A stretch of 52,995 bases of DNA, taken from Thermoproteati archaeon (lineage in GTDB: Archaea > Thermoproteota > Thermoprotei_A > Marsarchaeales > UBA168). Location of the stretch: contig JAGDXE010000021.1 of assembly GCA_023256375.1 (NCBI GenBank), positions 1 through 52,995 of the forward strand, read 5' to 3'. Every line of letters begins with the position of its first letter. The first letter of the stretch is position 1. This document shows, piece by piece, positions 19,434 to 28,414 of the stretch. The position numbers were made by a program, and so were the translations under genes. Below the pieces are notes generated by a model, which was not told the DNA's origin, did not search any database, and saw nothing but the letters and a program-made list of their open reading frames with translations.

Positions 19434-20005
19434 TGCTGCTCACCCTTCGCTTTTGCGGCTTCTCTTTCTGTATCGAGCCATTGAAGACTGCCAAGTCCTG
19501 GCTGCCTAAGCGTCAGATTAACCTTTACGTCGCTTGCATCCCCCTCGTGCATACTAATGGTTATAATCCTAGCGCGGACTAGGTCGCCCCTTTCGATGGT
19601 TTTTTTTGTATTCCTCCCGACATATCTTCCCGCTCTAGCATCGTAATCTACGTAGTCATCCATTAGTTGAGACTGATGTGCAACACCTTCGATAGGTCCG
19701 ATTCTAACGTGAATACCGTATTCTTCAACGGCTACTACTTCCCCCTCTATAATCTCTCTCTCGAGCGGCCGATAAGTGAGTAAAGTAAAGGTTGCTTCAT
19801 GATAGGTGGCGCCTTGACCTATGGGGACCTTACCTTCTTCGGAAGCTTGTACGTCGAGTACTTGCAGTACGATACCGACTTCTTCGCTAATTACTTTTCC
19901 GACGTATTTTTCTTTTATCGCGAGAGCAACAGCGTCTTCGAGAGGATTACCGAAGAACGTTGCAGGTACTCTCACAAGGTCGTTGACTTTGTATAGGTAA
20001 AACAT
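19430..20005 (-). CDS. rpoE1: RNA polymerase subunit E' (Rpo7)
   Basis: VRVP..FG, EIIEGEV, IGPIEGVAHQSQLMDD, TLRQPGLG. Confidence 0.96.
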   Translation of the reverse strand: MFYLYKVNDLVRVPATFFGNPLEDAVALAIKEKYVGKVISEEVGIVLQVLDVQASEEGKVPIGQGATYHEATFTLLTYRPLEREIIEGEVVAVEEYGIHVRIGPIEGVAHQSQLMDDYVDYDARAGRYVGRNTKKTIERGDLVRARIITISMHEGDASDVKVNLTLRQPGLGSLQWLDTEREAAKAKGEQH

Positions 20006-20400
20006 AAGGTCATTTATACAGACCTTTTTATTTCTATTGGCTTAGATAAATATATTACGAGAATAACTCAGCTGATTTCGGTATTATTTTTGCTACGCTT
20101 TGCGACGGTCTTGGGCTATTTATTTATTAGCTAAAAATTTTGCCGATTAGCTAAGCAATGGCTCTTAAACTTTTTGAAGCAACTGTACTAGGCCGTGAAG
20201 GGCTTCTTTTCGGCGGCCAAAAAAGTTCGGTGAGGACGCGAGGGCCAAGAGCCCCTCATCGCGGAGGCGGTTAAAATGGCACAGGCTTACGGTTTCTTGG
20301 CTTGTTAGGTAAAGGCGCGAAAGGGAGAGGACAAAAAGCGGGATGGCTTAACCCCTAGGATTTATTCAACGAAGCAGAAGTAACTGTAGTTTTTGTTAGA

Positions 20401-20454
20401 TTTAACCCTAACGGGGAAAGGGGCGGGAGTCCGCTTCCGCGAGGGCGGGGTAGT
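20401..20454 (+). repeat. 54-nt dispersed repeat copy 2 (IS right-end-like)
   Basis: Matches 11461-11514 with one mismatch; followed by CCAC. Confidence 0.85.
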
Positions 20455-20516
20455 CCACTTGAATGTGATGACGCTGGACAGCTTCATGCCATAAAGTTAT
20501 AGACGCTAAGCACTAT

Positions 20517-21047
20517 ATGATTATGGGATCTAGGTGGATACCGAATCCGCTTGACGTGGAAAGAATGCGGCACCCATTCGGACAGTTATATCCCGTTGAA
20601 AACCTCTATGAGCTTAAACAAAAGTTGGTTGCGGTAACCGGAAAAACAGTAATAGCATCAGTTGGCGATGTAGTGAGTTCGTTTCTGCTGGGCAACGGAA
20701 TTAACCCTGAGATAATTGTTTTCGACGGAAAGACATTAAGAGGACCTACTGATACGCCACTTATTTCCAAGGATTACGCTAGGTATACTGTTAGAAATGA
20801 GGCTGGCTCTATAAGCCAAGAAGCTATGCTGGTCATACGGCGTTTGGCTGCCTCTATAAAGCCAGGTCAAAGGGTGTGCGTTCAAGTAGATGGTGAAGAG
20901 GATCTTTTAGCACTTCCTTTAATAGCGTATCTTGATGCCTCTTCTATTGTAATTTACGGACAACCTAGGGAGGGCGTTGTTATGGTTACAGGTAATGCTA
21001 AAAAGCAAGAGGCATTAATCATATTGGAGAGGATGCAGGTCGTCTGA
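20517..21047 (+). CDS. GTP-dependent dephospho-CoA kinase (DUF359)
   Basis: VGDVVS, FDGKTLR, N.AGSI, VDGEEDLLALP, YGQP.EG; conserved position before rps24e. Confidence 0.9.
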   Translation: MIMGSRWIPNPLDVERMRHPFGQLYPVENLYELKQKLVAVTGKTVIASVGDVVSSFLLGNGINPEIIVFDGKTLRGPTDTPLISKDYARYTVRNEAGSISQEAMLVIRRLAASIKPGQRVCVQVDGEEDLLALPLIAYLDASSIVIYGQPREGVVMVTGNAKKQEALIILERMQVV

Positions 21048-21345
21048 AGAAGTAAAAAAAGTAAGTGAACTTAGGAACCCCCTATTAAAGAGGGTTGAAT
21101 TGGCGTTACAAATACCTATAGAAGGGGCCACTCCTACTAGAAAGCAGATTAGGTCAAAAGTGGCTTCGGCTTTAAGAGCAGAAGAAAATAGGGTTGCAAT
21201 TAAGAAAATAAAACAAGAATACGGTGAAAAAATAATAACCGTTTTCGCAAACGTTTATGATGATGAAAAAGCTCTGGCCGCTTTTGAGCACGCGCACTAC
21301 GCCAAAAGGCTTGAGGGAAAAAAGGCGGCTCAGCCGGCGGCTTGA
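21040..21345 (+). CDS. rps24e: 30S ribosomal protein eS24 (start uncertain)
   Basis: Frame extends upstream of the listed ORF through ELRNPLLKRVE; ATPTRKQIR; ANVYD. Confidence 0.9.
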   Translation, partial: SSEEVKKVSELRNPLLKRVELALQIPIEGATPTRKQIRSKVASALRAEENRVAIKKIKQEYGEKIITVFANVYDDEKALAAFEHAHYAKRLEGKKAAQPAA

Positions 21346-21360
21346 TAGAGGTAAAGCGAA

Positions 21361-21528
21361 ATGTCAGAAGTGCATAAAATTTATGAATATTCCTATGAGA
21401 CGGGGTCTATATCATTAAAAAATAGAAAATGCCCTCGCTGCGGTTCTGTAATGGCTAAGCACACGGTTGGAGGAGCTAGGTGGAGTTGTGGTAAGTGTGG
21501 TTACACCGAATATATAAAGGGATCTTAA
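21361..21528 (+). CDS. rps27ae: 30S ribosomal protein eS31 (S27ae), 55 aa, absent from the ORF track
   Basis: [10 protein letters not shown]...[16 protein letters not shown]...[12 protein letters not shown]. Confidence 0.95.
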   Translation: MSEVHKIYEYSYETGSISLKNRKCPRCGSVMAKHTVGGARWSCGKCGYTEYIKGS

Positions 21529-21530
21529 TT

Positions 21531-22559
21531 TTGAGGTACTGGCTTGGCATTGAAAGTACTGCCCATACCTTTGGGGCCTCTATTATATCTGAAGATGGTT
21601 CAATAATATCGGATGAACGCGATATTTATGTGCCTCCGGAGGGTGGCTTACAACCGAGAGAGGTGGCTAGGCATCATACAGATGTGGCGCCCTCAGTTAT
21701 CGGCAAGGCCTTTTCAAAGGCTGGGATAAAGTCAAAAGATGTAGTTGCCTTGGGGGTGTCTTATGGACCAGGATTGGGACCATGCCTCAGGGTCGGGGTG
21801 GCAGTAGCTAGGGCCCTTTCGTCCTACTATGGTTGGAGGCTCTACCCCGTGAATCACACGGTCGGCCACGTAGAAATTTCTAGGCTCCTCAGCGGCTTTG
21901 TTGACCCTTTAGCAGTTTACGTATCCGGAGGTAATACAAATATCGTTGCTTGGAAGGACGGCCGGTATAGAATCTTCGGCGAAACCCTTGATATCGCCGT
22001 AGGCAATTTGCTGGATTCGTTCGCCAGAGAAGTCGGACTAAAGCACCCAGGAGGCCCAAAGATAGAGAAGCTTGCTAGGGAAGGCGCAAAAATGGGGCTA
22101 ATTGATTTACCGTATTCCGTTAAGGGACAAGATGTTTCATTTTCTGGCCTTCTAACTGCCGCAATAAAAACGCACAGGTCTGGTGAAAAGCTAGAAAGAG
22201 TGGCATATTCTCTTCAAGAAACTGCGTTCGCCATGATAGCGGAGGCCGCAGAGCGGGCATTGGTGCACACGAGGAAAAGTTCGATAATTTCGGCTGGCGG
22301 CGTGGCCGCTAACTCTAGGTTGAATGAAATGCTAAAGTATGTGGCGGAAGATCACGGGATACCATTCTTTGCTACGCCCATAAGGATGGCGGGCGATAAC
22401 GGCGCTATGATAGCTGCCGTGGCCATGGAAATGGACCTTGGAGGAATAAGGTCCGAAGATCCGCAATCGTTAATGCCGACGCCAAAATTAAGAATCAATG
22501 ATACTGAGGTTAATTGGAGGATAAATAATTTTCGCGTTATTATGGGCGATTATAAATGA
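21531..22559 (+). CDS. kae1: KEOPS subunit Kae1 (t6A synthesis)
   Basis: LGIESTAHT, GPGLGPCL, NHTVGHVE, YVSGGNT, GDNGAMIA. Start set at TTG 21531. Confidence 0.97.
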   Translation: MRYWLGIESTAHTFGASIISEDGSIISDERDIYVPPEGGLQPREVARHHTDVAPSVIGKAFSKAGIKSKDVVALGVSYGPGLGPCLRVGVAVARALSSYYGWRLYPVNHTVGHVEISRLLSGFVDPLAVYVSGGNTNIVAWKDGRYRIFGETLDIAVGNLLDSFAREVGLKHPGGPKIEKLAREGAKMGLIDLPYSVKGQDVSFSGLLTAAIKTHRSGEKLERVAYSLQETAFAMIAEAAERALVHTRKSSIISAGGVAANSRLNEMLKYVAEDHGIPFFATPIRMAGDNGAMIAAVAMEMDLGGIRSEDPQSLMPTPKLRINDTEVNWRINNFRVIMGDYK

Positions 22560-23209
22560 GTTCGATTGAGTTCTTAAAAGAGCTAAAATTGGTTGCTAAG
22601 GGTGCCGAGGCAGAGCTTTGGTTGGGCGAATTTTTAGGCCAGCAAGTAGTTATAAAGAAGAGAATAAGAAAATTATATAGGGATCCTTTATTAGACGCTA
22701 AATTGCGTTTAGTTCGTACGATGGAAGAAGGAAGGCTTTTGGCGAGATCCAGCTCAGCAGGGGTCAATGTCCCATTTCCTTTCTTCATAGATCCCCTTTC
22801 TTATACTTTAATCGAACAAGTATTAAACGGGCCCTTGCTTAGAGACATCGATCCGATAGACGTTGGCTTGATGAAAAAAGTGGGGTTTGAGGTAGCAAAA
22901 CTTCACCTTAGTGGCGTAGTGCACGGAGACTTAACTACTTCTAACGTAATTGTTTTGTCTGGAACTGATCCCTTCATCATAGATTTTGGGTTAGGAGCTT
23001 TTAGCGCGGATTTAGAAGACAGGGGTGTGGACTTACTTTTGCTTAAGAAGTCGCTCGAGGCTAATTTACCAAATCAATCTTACGATTTATTTTCGAGTTT
23101 TTATGAAGGTTATAAAGAGATCTTAGGCGCGGATGCCGCGCAAATCCTTGCAAGATCTCAAGAGATTGAAAGGCGGGGAAGATATTTTGCAGAAAGGAGT
23201 TTTGATTGA
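22556..23209 (+). CDS. bud32: KEOPS kinase/ATPase Bud32
   Basis: KGAEA, HGDLTTSN, IDFGL, RGRY. Confidence 0.96.
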   Translation: MSSIEFLKELKLVAKGAEAELWLGEFLGQQVVIKKRIRKLYRDPLLDAKLRLVRTMEEGRLLARSSSAGVNVPFPFFIDPLSYTLIEQVLNGPLLRDIDPIDVGLMKKVGFEVAKLHLSGVVHGDLTTSNVIVLSGTDPFIIDFGLGAFSADLEDRGVDLLLLKKSLEANLPNQSYDLFSSFYEGYKEILGADAAQILARSQEIERRGRYFAERSFD

Positions 23210-23778
23210 TTTCAATAACGCTTGTTACTGGTAATAAAAGGAAGCTCGCGGAAGTAGCAGCCATAATGGAGCCCTACGGTATAAAAGTAACTATGGCTAA
23301 GGCCGTTAAATTTGAAGCACAAGGCGAGATAGATTTTGTGTCCAGTCTAGCAGCTCAGCTGGCTTCTATGGAATTGTTAGCCCCTGTTGTAGTCGATGAT
23401 TCTGGATTATACGTAGATTCTCTGAACGGTTTTCCGGGTCCATATTCATCTTACGCGTTTGACAAATTAGGGAATAAAGGGTTGCTTAAGCTGATGGATG
23501 GGGTACCTGACAGAAAAGCTGTATTCCGTTGCGTAGTTACTTACGCTGATGTTATAACTGATGAGATAAAAAGTTTTGAAGGACAAATTACGGGCTATAT
23601 TCGGTCGGATATTGGTAAAGAAGACGGTTTTGGGTTTGACCCCATATTTTCGCCTTTCGGTCCAGGCGGAAAAGCGTTTTCTGAAATGGATGTAGCCCAG
23701 AAAAACGAAATTTCACATCGCGGCATCGCCTTTAGGAAGTTAGCGGTCTTCCTGTTAAATAAAATAGCGCAGGGCTAA
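23206..23778 (+). CDS. rdgB: dITP/XTP pyrophosphatase (Ham1/RdgB)
   Basis: TGNKRK, DDSGL, GFPGPYS, GFGFDPIF, KNEISHR. Confidence 0.96.
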   Translation: MISITLVTGNKRKLAEVAAIMEPYGIKVTMAKAVKFEAQGEIDFVSSLAAQLASMELLAPVVVDDSGLYVDSLNGFPGPYSSYAFDKLGNKGLLKLMDGVPDRKAVFRCVVTYADVITDEIKSFEGQITGYIRSDIGKEDGFGFDPIFSPFGPGGKAFSEMDVAQKNEISHRGIAFRKLAVFLLNKIAQG

Positions 23779-23824
23779 ATCGGATCGCATTAAATATTAT
23801 TTTAAGCGAAGTAACTCTTATATT

Positions 23825-24853
23825 ATGATTGAAATTGATGGGAGTTTCGGTGAAGGAGGAGGCCAAATGCTTAGGACCGCCCTGGGGCTTTCTGCAGCCC
23901 TTCAGCAACCCTTCATCATAAAAAATATAAGGAGTAAAAGAAGGAAGCCTGGACTACAGACTCAGCACCTTAACGTACTCGATATGATGGAAAAATTAAC
24001 CAACGCGGAAGTAAGCGGTAAGAGCTTGGGGTCGACTGAGGTTTTCTTTTTTCCGCGCGAAAAACCCAATGGGGACTTGAAGGTTAATCCGGGTACAGCG
24101 GCAAGTATTTCATTAATGATCCAGCCGCTTCTTATTGCAAGCATAGGCTCTAATTCAATTCGTCTGCTTTTGAGTGGAGGAACGGATGTCCCCCTTTCGC
24201 CCCGTATCGACTACGTAACTCTCGTAGAAATTCCTATTCTGAGGCAGTTTGGGGTTCGTTGTGAGCTAAATGTTATGAAAAGGGGATATTATCCTTTGGG
24301 AGGAGGAATTGTCGATTTTCGGCTTAATGCTTGGGTAAAGCCCGATTTTATGGATATAGTAAGGGGAGAATTAACTGATATATACGGAGTTTCCTCGTGT
24401 TCATCCTTGCCAGAAGGAATCGCGGTGAGGCAGGCCAATTCTGCCGCCGATTTAATTAAGCGTAAAATAGGTCTGGTTCCAAGGATAAGCATCGAGCATT
24501 ACAGTTTTAGTGCTGGCAGTTCTATAACTTTAGTTGCCCGTTTGGGCAAGGCTTTAATCGGCTCCGATGCGCTCGGTTTGAAGGGGAAACCGGCCGAGAT
24601 CGTAGGCGAGCAAGCCGCTCAAGGCCTTATAGATGATCTATTGATCGGCTCTTCCGTTGATAGATATATGGCGGACGCCCTAGTCCCTTTTATAGCGCTA
24701 GTTGGGGGCTCCTATACGATTCCCGAGTTCACCGAGCACGTGAAGAGCAATTTATATGTAGTAGAAAAGTTCTTAGGAAAAAGGATAAATGTTACAGAAG
24801 AGGTTTCAGCCTCCAAAAAAATTTGGAGGCTATACGCCAACAAGGTTATTTAA
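23825..24853 (+). CDS. rtcA: RNA 3'-terminal phosphate cyclase
   Basis: DGSFGEGGGQMLR, PGLQTQH, GGTDV, RGYYP.GGG, TEH. Confidence 0.95.
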   Translation: MIEIDGSFGEGGGQMLRTALGLSAALQQPFIIKNIRSKRRKPGLQTQHLNVLDMMEKLTNAEVSGKSLGSTEVFFFPREKPNGDLKVNPGTAASISLMIQPLLIASIGSNSIRLLLSGGTDVPLSPRIDYVTLVEIPILRQFGVRCELNVMKRGYYPLGGGIVDFRLNAWVKPDFMDIVRGELTDIYGVSSCSSLPEGIAVRQANSAADLIKRKIGLVPRISIEHYSFSAGSSITLVARLGKALIGSDALGLKGKPAEIVGEQAAQGLIDDLLIGSSVDRYMADALVPFIALVGGSYTIPEFTEHVKSNLYVVEKFLGKRINVTEEVSASKKIWRLYANKVI

Positions 24854-24905
24854 ACGTCCTCCGAGTAAATCCCGTAACGCGTATAACTATCTGTATAAAT
24901 TCGTC

Positions 24906-26150
24906 GTGAAGAACGCAGTAGTTATAGGATTGCAGTGGGGAGATGAAGGTAAGGGGAAGATTATCGATTATCTTGCGGCGGACTTTAACGCAATAGTAAG
25001 GTTCAACGGCGGAAGTAACGCGGGTCACACCGTAAAAGCCGGCCGTGAAAAACACATATTTCATATACTACCTTCCGGTGCGCTGAGGGGAAAGCAACTT
25101 TACCTTGGCAGCGGGGTAGTCCTGGACCCTGACTCTTTAAGAAAAGAGCTTGAAGCGGAAAACGCAAGGGTTAAGGTAGATTATAGGTGCTCGCTGGTGA
25201 CACCTTTTGAGAAGTGGCTTGATAGGCGTCTTGAGGAATCAAGAGGCGGATCTGCGATCGGTACTACTGGCAGAGGGATCGGCCCAGCTTACGCCACGAG
25301 GATGCTTAGGGTCGCGCCGAGGGTTGCAGACCTAATTCAAGGTAAACAACCGGATTACACTTCATTGACTTCCATTATTGCCGGCGCTGAGATTCCAACT
25401 CCTGAGTGGGCGAAAAGCGCTAGAGATATATTGGAGCCAATAGCCGCTGACGTCCCAGCCGAGTTAATGGAAATTGATACTAAAGGGGACGGAATACTCT
25501 TTGAAGGGGCGCAAGGAGCCCTATTAGATTTAGACTACGGGACCTATCCTTTTGTCACTTCATCCCATACTATTGCGTCATACGTTGGTGTAGGTGCCGG
25601 TTTTTCCGTTAATATGGTCGATAGTGTAATTGGTGTTGCTAAGGCTTATCAAACGCGCGTCGGTGCAGGGCCGTTTCCTACTGAACTAGGCGGAGCGTTT
25701 GCTGAGGACCTGAGGACCAGGGGTGATGAGTTTGGTTCTACTACTGGTAGACCGAGGAGAGTTGGGTGGCTTGATCTAGTATCGTTAAAATATTCAGTAT
25801 CATTAAACGAACCAAAAAAGCTAAGCCTTATAATAACTAAGGCCGATGTCCTATCCGGTATGAAAGAGCTTAAAGTGGCTGTTGCTTACTCGTTTGAGGG
25901 TAGCGAGACTACGGACTTTACTCGGCTTATTAGTTGCGGTAACGCGCAACCAGTTTATGAAGACTTAGAACCACTACCGGCTGCCGATTGGGGAATGATT
26001 GCCAAGCAAGGATGGGATGCCATGCCAATTGAACTCAAGAAATTTGTAGATTTTGTAGAAAACTACCTTAGGGTTGAAGTAAGCGCAGTTTCGGTCGGGC
26101 CTGAGAGGGAGATGATAATTGAGCGCAGGCGACGAGTTATCTCCTATTGA
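24906..26150 (+). CDS. purA: Adenylosuccinate synthetase
   Basis: GLQWGDEGKGK, NAGHT, GTTGRGIGP, EGAQG, TTGRPRR. Start set at GTG 24906. Confidence 0.97.
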   Translation: MKNAVVIGLQWGDEGKGKIIDYLAADFNAIVRFNGGSNAGHTVKAGREKHIFHILPSGALRGKQLYLGSGVVLDPDSLRKELEAENARVKVDYRCSLVTPFEKWLDRRLEESRGGSAIGTTGRGIGPAYATRMLRVAPRVADLIQGKQPDYTSLTSIIAGAEIPTPEWAKSARDILEPIAADVPAELMEIDTKGDGILFEGAQGALLDLDYGTYPFVTSSHTIASYVGVGAGFSVNMVDSVIGVAKAYQTRVGAGPFPTELGGAFAEDLRTRGDEFGSTTGRPRRVGWLDLVSLKYSVSLNEPKKLSLIITKADVLSGMKELKVAVAYSFEGSETTDFTRLISCGNAQPVYEDLEPLPAADWGMIAKQGWDAMPIELKKFVDFVENYLRVEVSAVSVGPEREMIIERRRRVISY

Positions 26151-27486
26151 CGGTAGGTACAGAGATGAGGTTGCATCGATAAGAGATTTATTATCTGAGA
26201 AAGGTCTCTTTTATGAAAGGGCGAGAGTTGAACTTCTTTACTTAAAGGCGCTTGAGAGCGCGCGTGTTTTTCCTATAGACGCCCCGAATTTTGATCCGGA
26301 AACAGTTCTGAAGAGCCTACCCTCCAATTGGTACGAAGAAGTGAAGGGCGCAGAGAAAAATGTGGGCCATGACGTAAAGGCTCTAGAACTAGTACTTCGC
26401 AAGAAGCTTGACGAGCTTGGTTATACAAAGCTATCGCCAATAGTACACCTGGGTCTTACTAGCGATGACGTGAATAACTTAGCTTACGCGAGGCTTTTGC
26501 TTAAATCTATGCGCGAGGTCGTCAAGCATTACTCTATTCTTGTAGGGCTGCTCTCAGAGTTGGCGGTGAAGTATGAAAAGAATCCTATGTTAGCTAGGAC
26601 CCACGGGATGCCTGCAGAACCAACCACGTTCGGAAAGGAAATGGCTTTTTTTTCTTGGCGGATTTCCATGCGCGTGCGCGCCGCCTCGAAAATAAAACCG
26701 TATGGCAAACTGGGAGGTGCCGTAGGAAATCACAACGCATTAGTATTTCTTAGGCCTGATTTTGACTGGATTTTATTCTCACAATCTTTCGTGCGTTCGC
26801 TGGGATTGGATTACGCTCCGCTCACTAAACAAACGGTACCATATGAGGGGTCTTCTGATATGTTGCATCAGTTAATGTTGCTTAATTACATAACTCAGGA
26901 ATTAGCTAGGGATCTTTGGACTTATAATATGTTGGGTTTGGTTAGTTTCGAGAGGAAAGGCGTGAGTAGTTCTACGATGCCGCACAAAGTTAACCCAGTA
27001 GATCTCGAGGATGCGGAAGGACAAGTAGACGCCTCAAACTCGTTACTTTCTACTATAACTTACAAGTTGGTGCAAACCAGGTTGCAGAGAGACCTTTCAG
27101 ACTCTCCGGTTAGAAGGTTGCTGGGGCAGGCGATCGCTCATTCTTTAATAGCATGCGATAGAGTGATTAAAAGCTTACAATATATGAGGGTAAATACCGA
27201 GAAAATGGCAGATGAATTGATGTGTCATCCTGAAATACTCTCTGAGGCGGTTCAAGTCTCTCTGAGACTTCAAGGGGACGAGAAAGGTTACGAAAAAGTG
27301 CAGCAAGGAATTGGAGAGCTAGAGTTAATTCGTAAACTGGTTAAGGGTGAGCTCGGTGAAAGGCTTTCCGACTTAAAGCCTACAAACTATTTGGGTATTG
27401 CGCCAAGGCTAGCTAGATTGGCGGTCGAAGAGAGCCAGATAGCATTAAAAGAAGCGCAGGCCTCTATTGCCAGCTGGCCCCAGTAA
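26119..27486 (+). CDS. purB: Adenylosuccinate lyase
   Basis: SPIDGRY, RTHG, SSTMPHKVNP, QRDLSDS. Confidence 0.96.
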   Translation: MSAGDELSPIDGRYRDEVASIRDLLSEKGLFYERARVELLYLKALESARVFPIDAPNFDPETVLKSLPSNWYEEVKGAEKNVGHDVKALELVLRKKLDELGYTKLSPIVHLGLTSDDVNNLAYARLLLKSMREVVKHYSILVGLLSELAVKYEKNPMLARTHGMPAEPTTFGKEMAFFSWRISMRVRAASKIKPYGKLGGAVGNHNALVFLRPDFDWILFSQSFVRSLGLDYAPLTKQTVPYEGSSDMLHQLMLLNYITQELARDLWTYNMLGLVSFERKGVSSSTMPHKVNPVDLEDAEGQVDASNSLLSTITYKLVQTRLQRDLSDSPVRRLLGQAIAHSLIACDRVIKSLQYMRVNTEKMADELMCHPEILSEAVQVSLRLQGDEKGYEKVQQGIGELELIRKLVKGELGERLSDLKPTNYLGIAPRLARLAVEESQIALKEAQASIASWPQ

Positions 27487-27514
27487 CCCTTAAGGGCAAT
27501 GCCTTGCACGATTT

Positions 27515-27751
27515 ATGGACGTCGAGATAAAATTTGACTACGACAGCGAAGACCTTGCAAAGGCAATTCTTAATGGGACTGCCCCCGACAACAGTCTTGC
27601 CCCAGAAGGTCAGTCGATTAGCGAAAAACAAATATTAAGTAGCCTTTACGTCAGTTTTTCCGGCGAGATCACGGAATCATTTCTTTATAGCATTGAAGAT
27701 TTTTTTGACAAAGAAGAACTTTGCCTTGCGGTTATCAGAGCAGTGCCTTGA
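27515..27751 (+). CDS. pcc1: KEOPS subunit Pcc1
   Basis: Small acidic protein with A.AI....PDN pattern, upstream of rps3ae (conserved context). Confidence 0.7.
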   Translation: MDVEIKFDYDSEDLAKAILNGTAPDNSLAPEGQSISEKQILSSLYVSFSGEITESFLYSIEDFFDKEELCLAVIRAVP

Positions 27752-27795
27752 TTGAAGCGCATTGCTTATTAAGGAAGGTCTTATTTTTACGGAAG

Positions 27796-28410
27796 TTGTC
27801 TCAAGTACGTGTTAAAGAAAAGCACTGGTACAGTATATATGCCCCATCGGCCTTAGGTAATAAGGAAATTGGAAAGGCTTTGGCTGTTTCTCCTGAGGAT
27901 TTAATGAATAGGACTGTTGAAGTGACGCTCTATGAATTAACTGGCGATATTGAGCAAGCCCATGTCCATCTGACTCTTCAGGTAAAGCGGGTAGAAGGCG
28001 GTATAGGCTACACTCAGTTTAAGGGCCATCATTTCTCTAGAGACTATTTGGGCGGAAGAATAAGGCGCAGGTACAGTAAGGTAGGCGCAATATTTGACGT
28101 GAAAACTAAAGACGGTTCTTTATTGCAACTTCAAGCGGTTGCAATAACGGCTACGCCAGCTTCCAGGTCCCAAAGACATGACATAAGGGCAAGCTTGATA
28201 AAGACAGCACAAGAGCAGGCCTCGGGTACTATTTTCTATGATTTTATTCAGGAAATGGTTATGGGTAAGTTGGCGCAGGTAATGCAAAAAGATGCGAAGA
28301 GAATTTTTCCCATAGCCTTTTTAGACGTAGCTAAGTCCAAGGTAAAATCTATCGGTGAGCAAACTGTCAGCCCGGCGCCAGCCGTCCAGCAAACCGCTAC
28401 TGCTGAATGA
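27796..28410 (+). CDS. rps3ae: 30S ribosomal protein eS1 (S3ae)
   Basis: K.WY.I.AP, RTVEVTLYELTGD, TQFKGH...RDY...IRR. Start set at TTG 27796. Confidence 0.95.
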   Translation: MSQVRVKEKHWYSIYAPSALGNKEIGKALAVSPEDLMNRTVEVTLYELTGDIEQAHVHLTLQVKRVEGGIGYTQFKGHHFSRDYLGGRIRRRYSKVGAIFDVKTKDGSLLQLQAVAITATPASRSQRHDIRASLIKTAQEQASGTIFYDFIQEMVMGKLAQVMQKDAKRIFPIAFLDVAKSKVKSIGEQTVSPAPAVQQTATAE

Positions 28411-28414
28411 CGTT

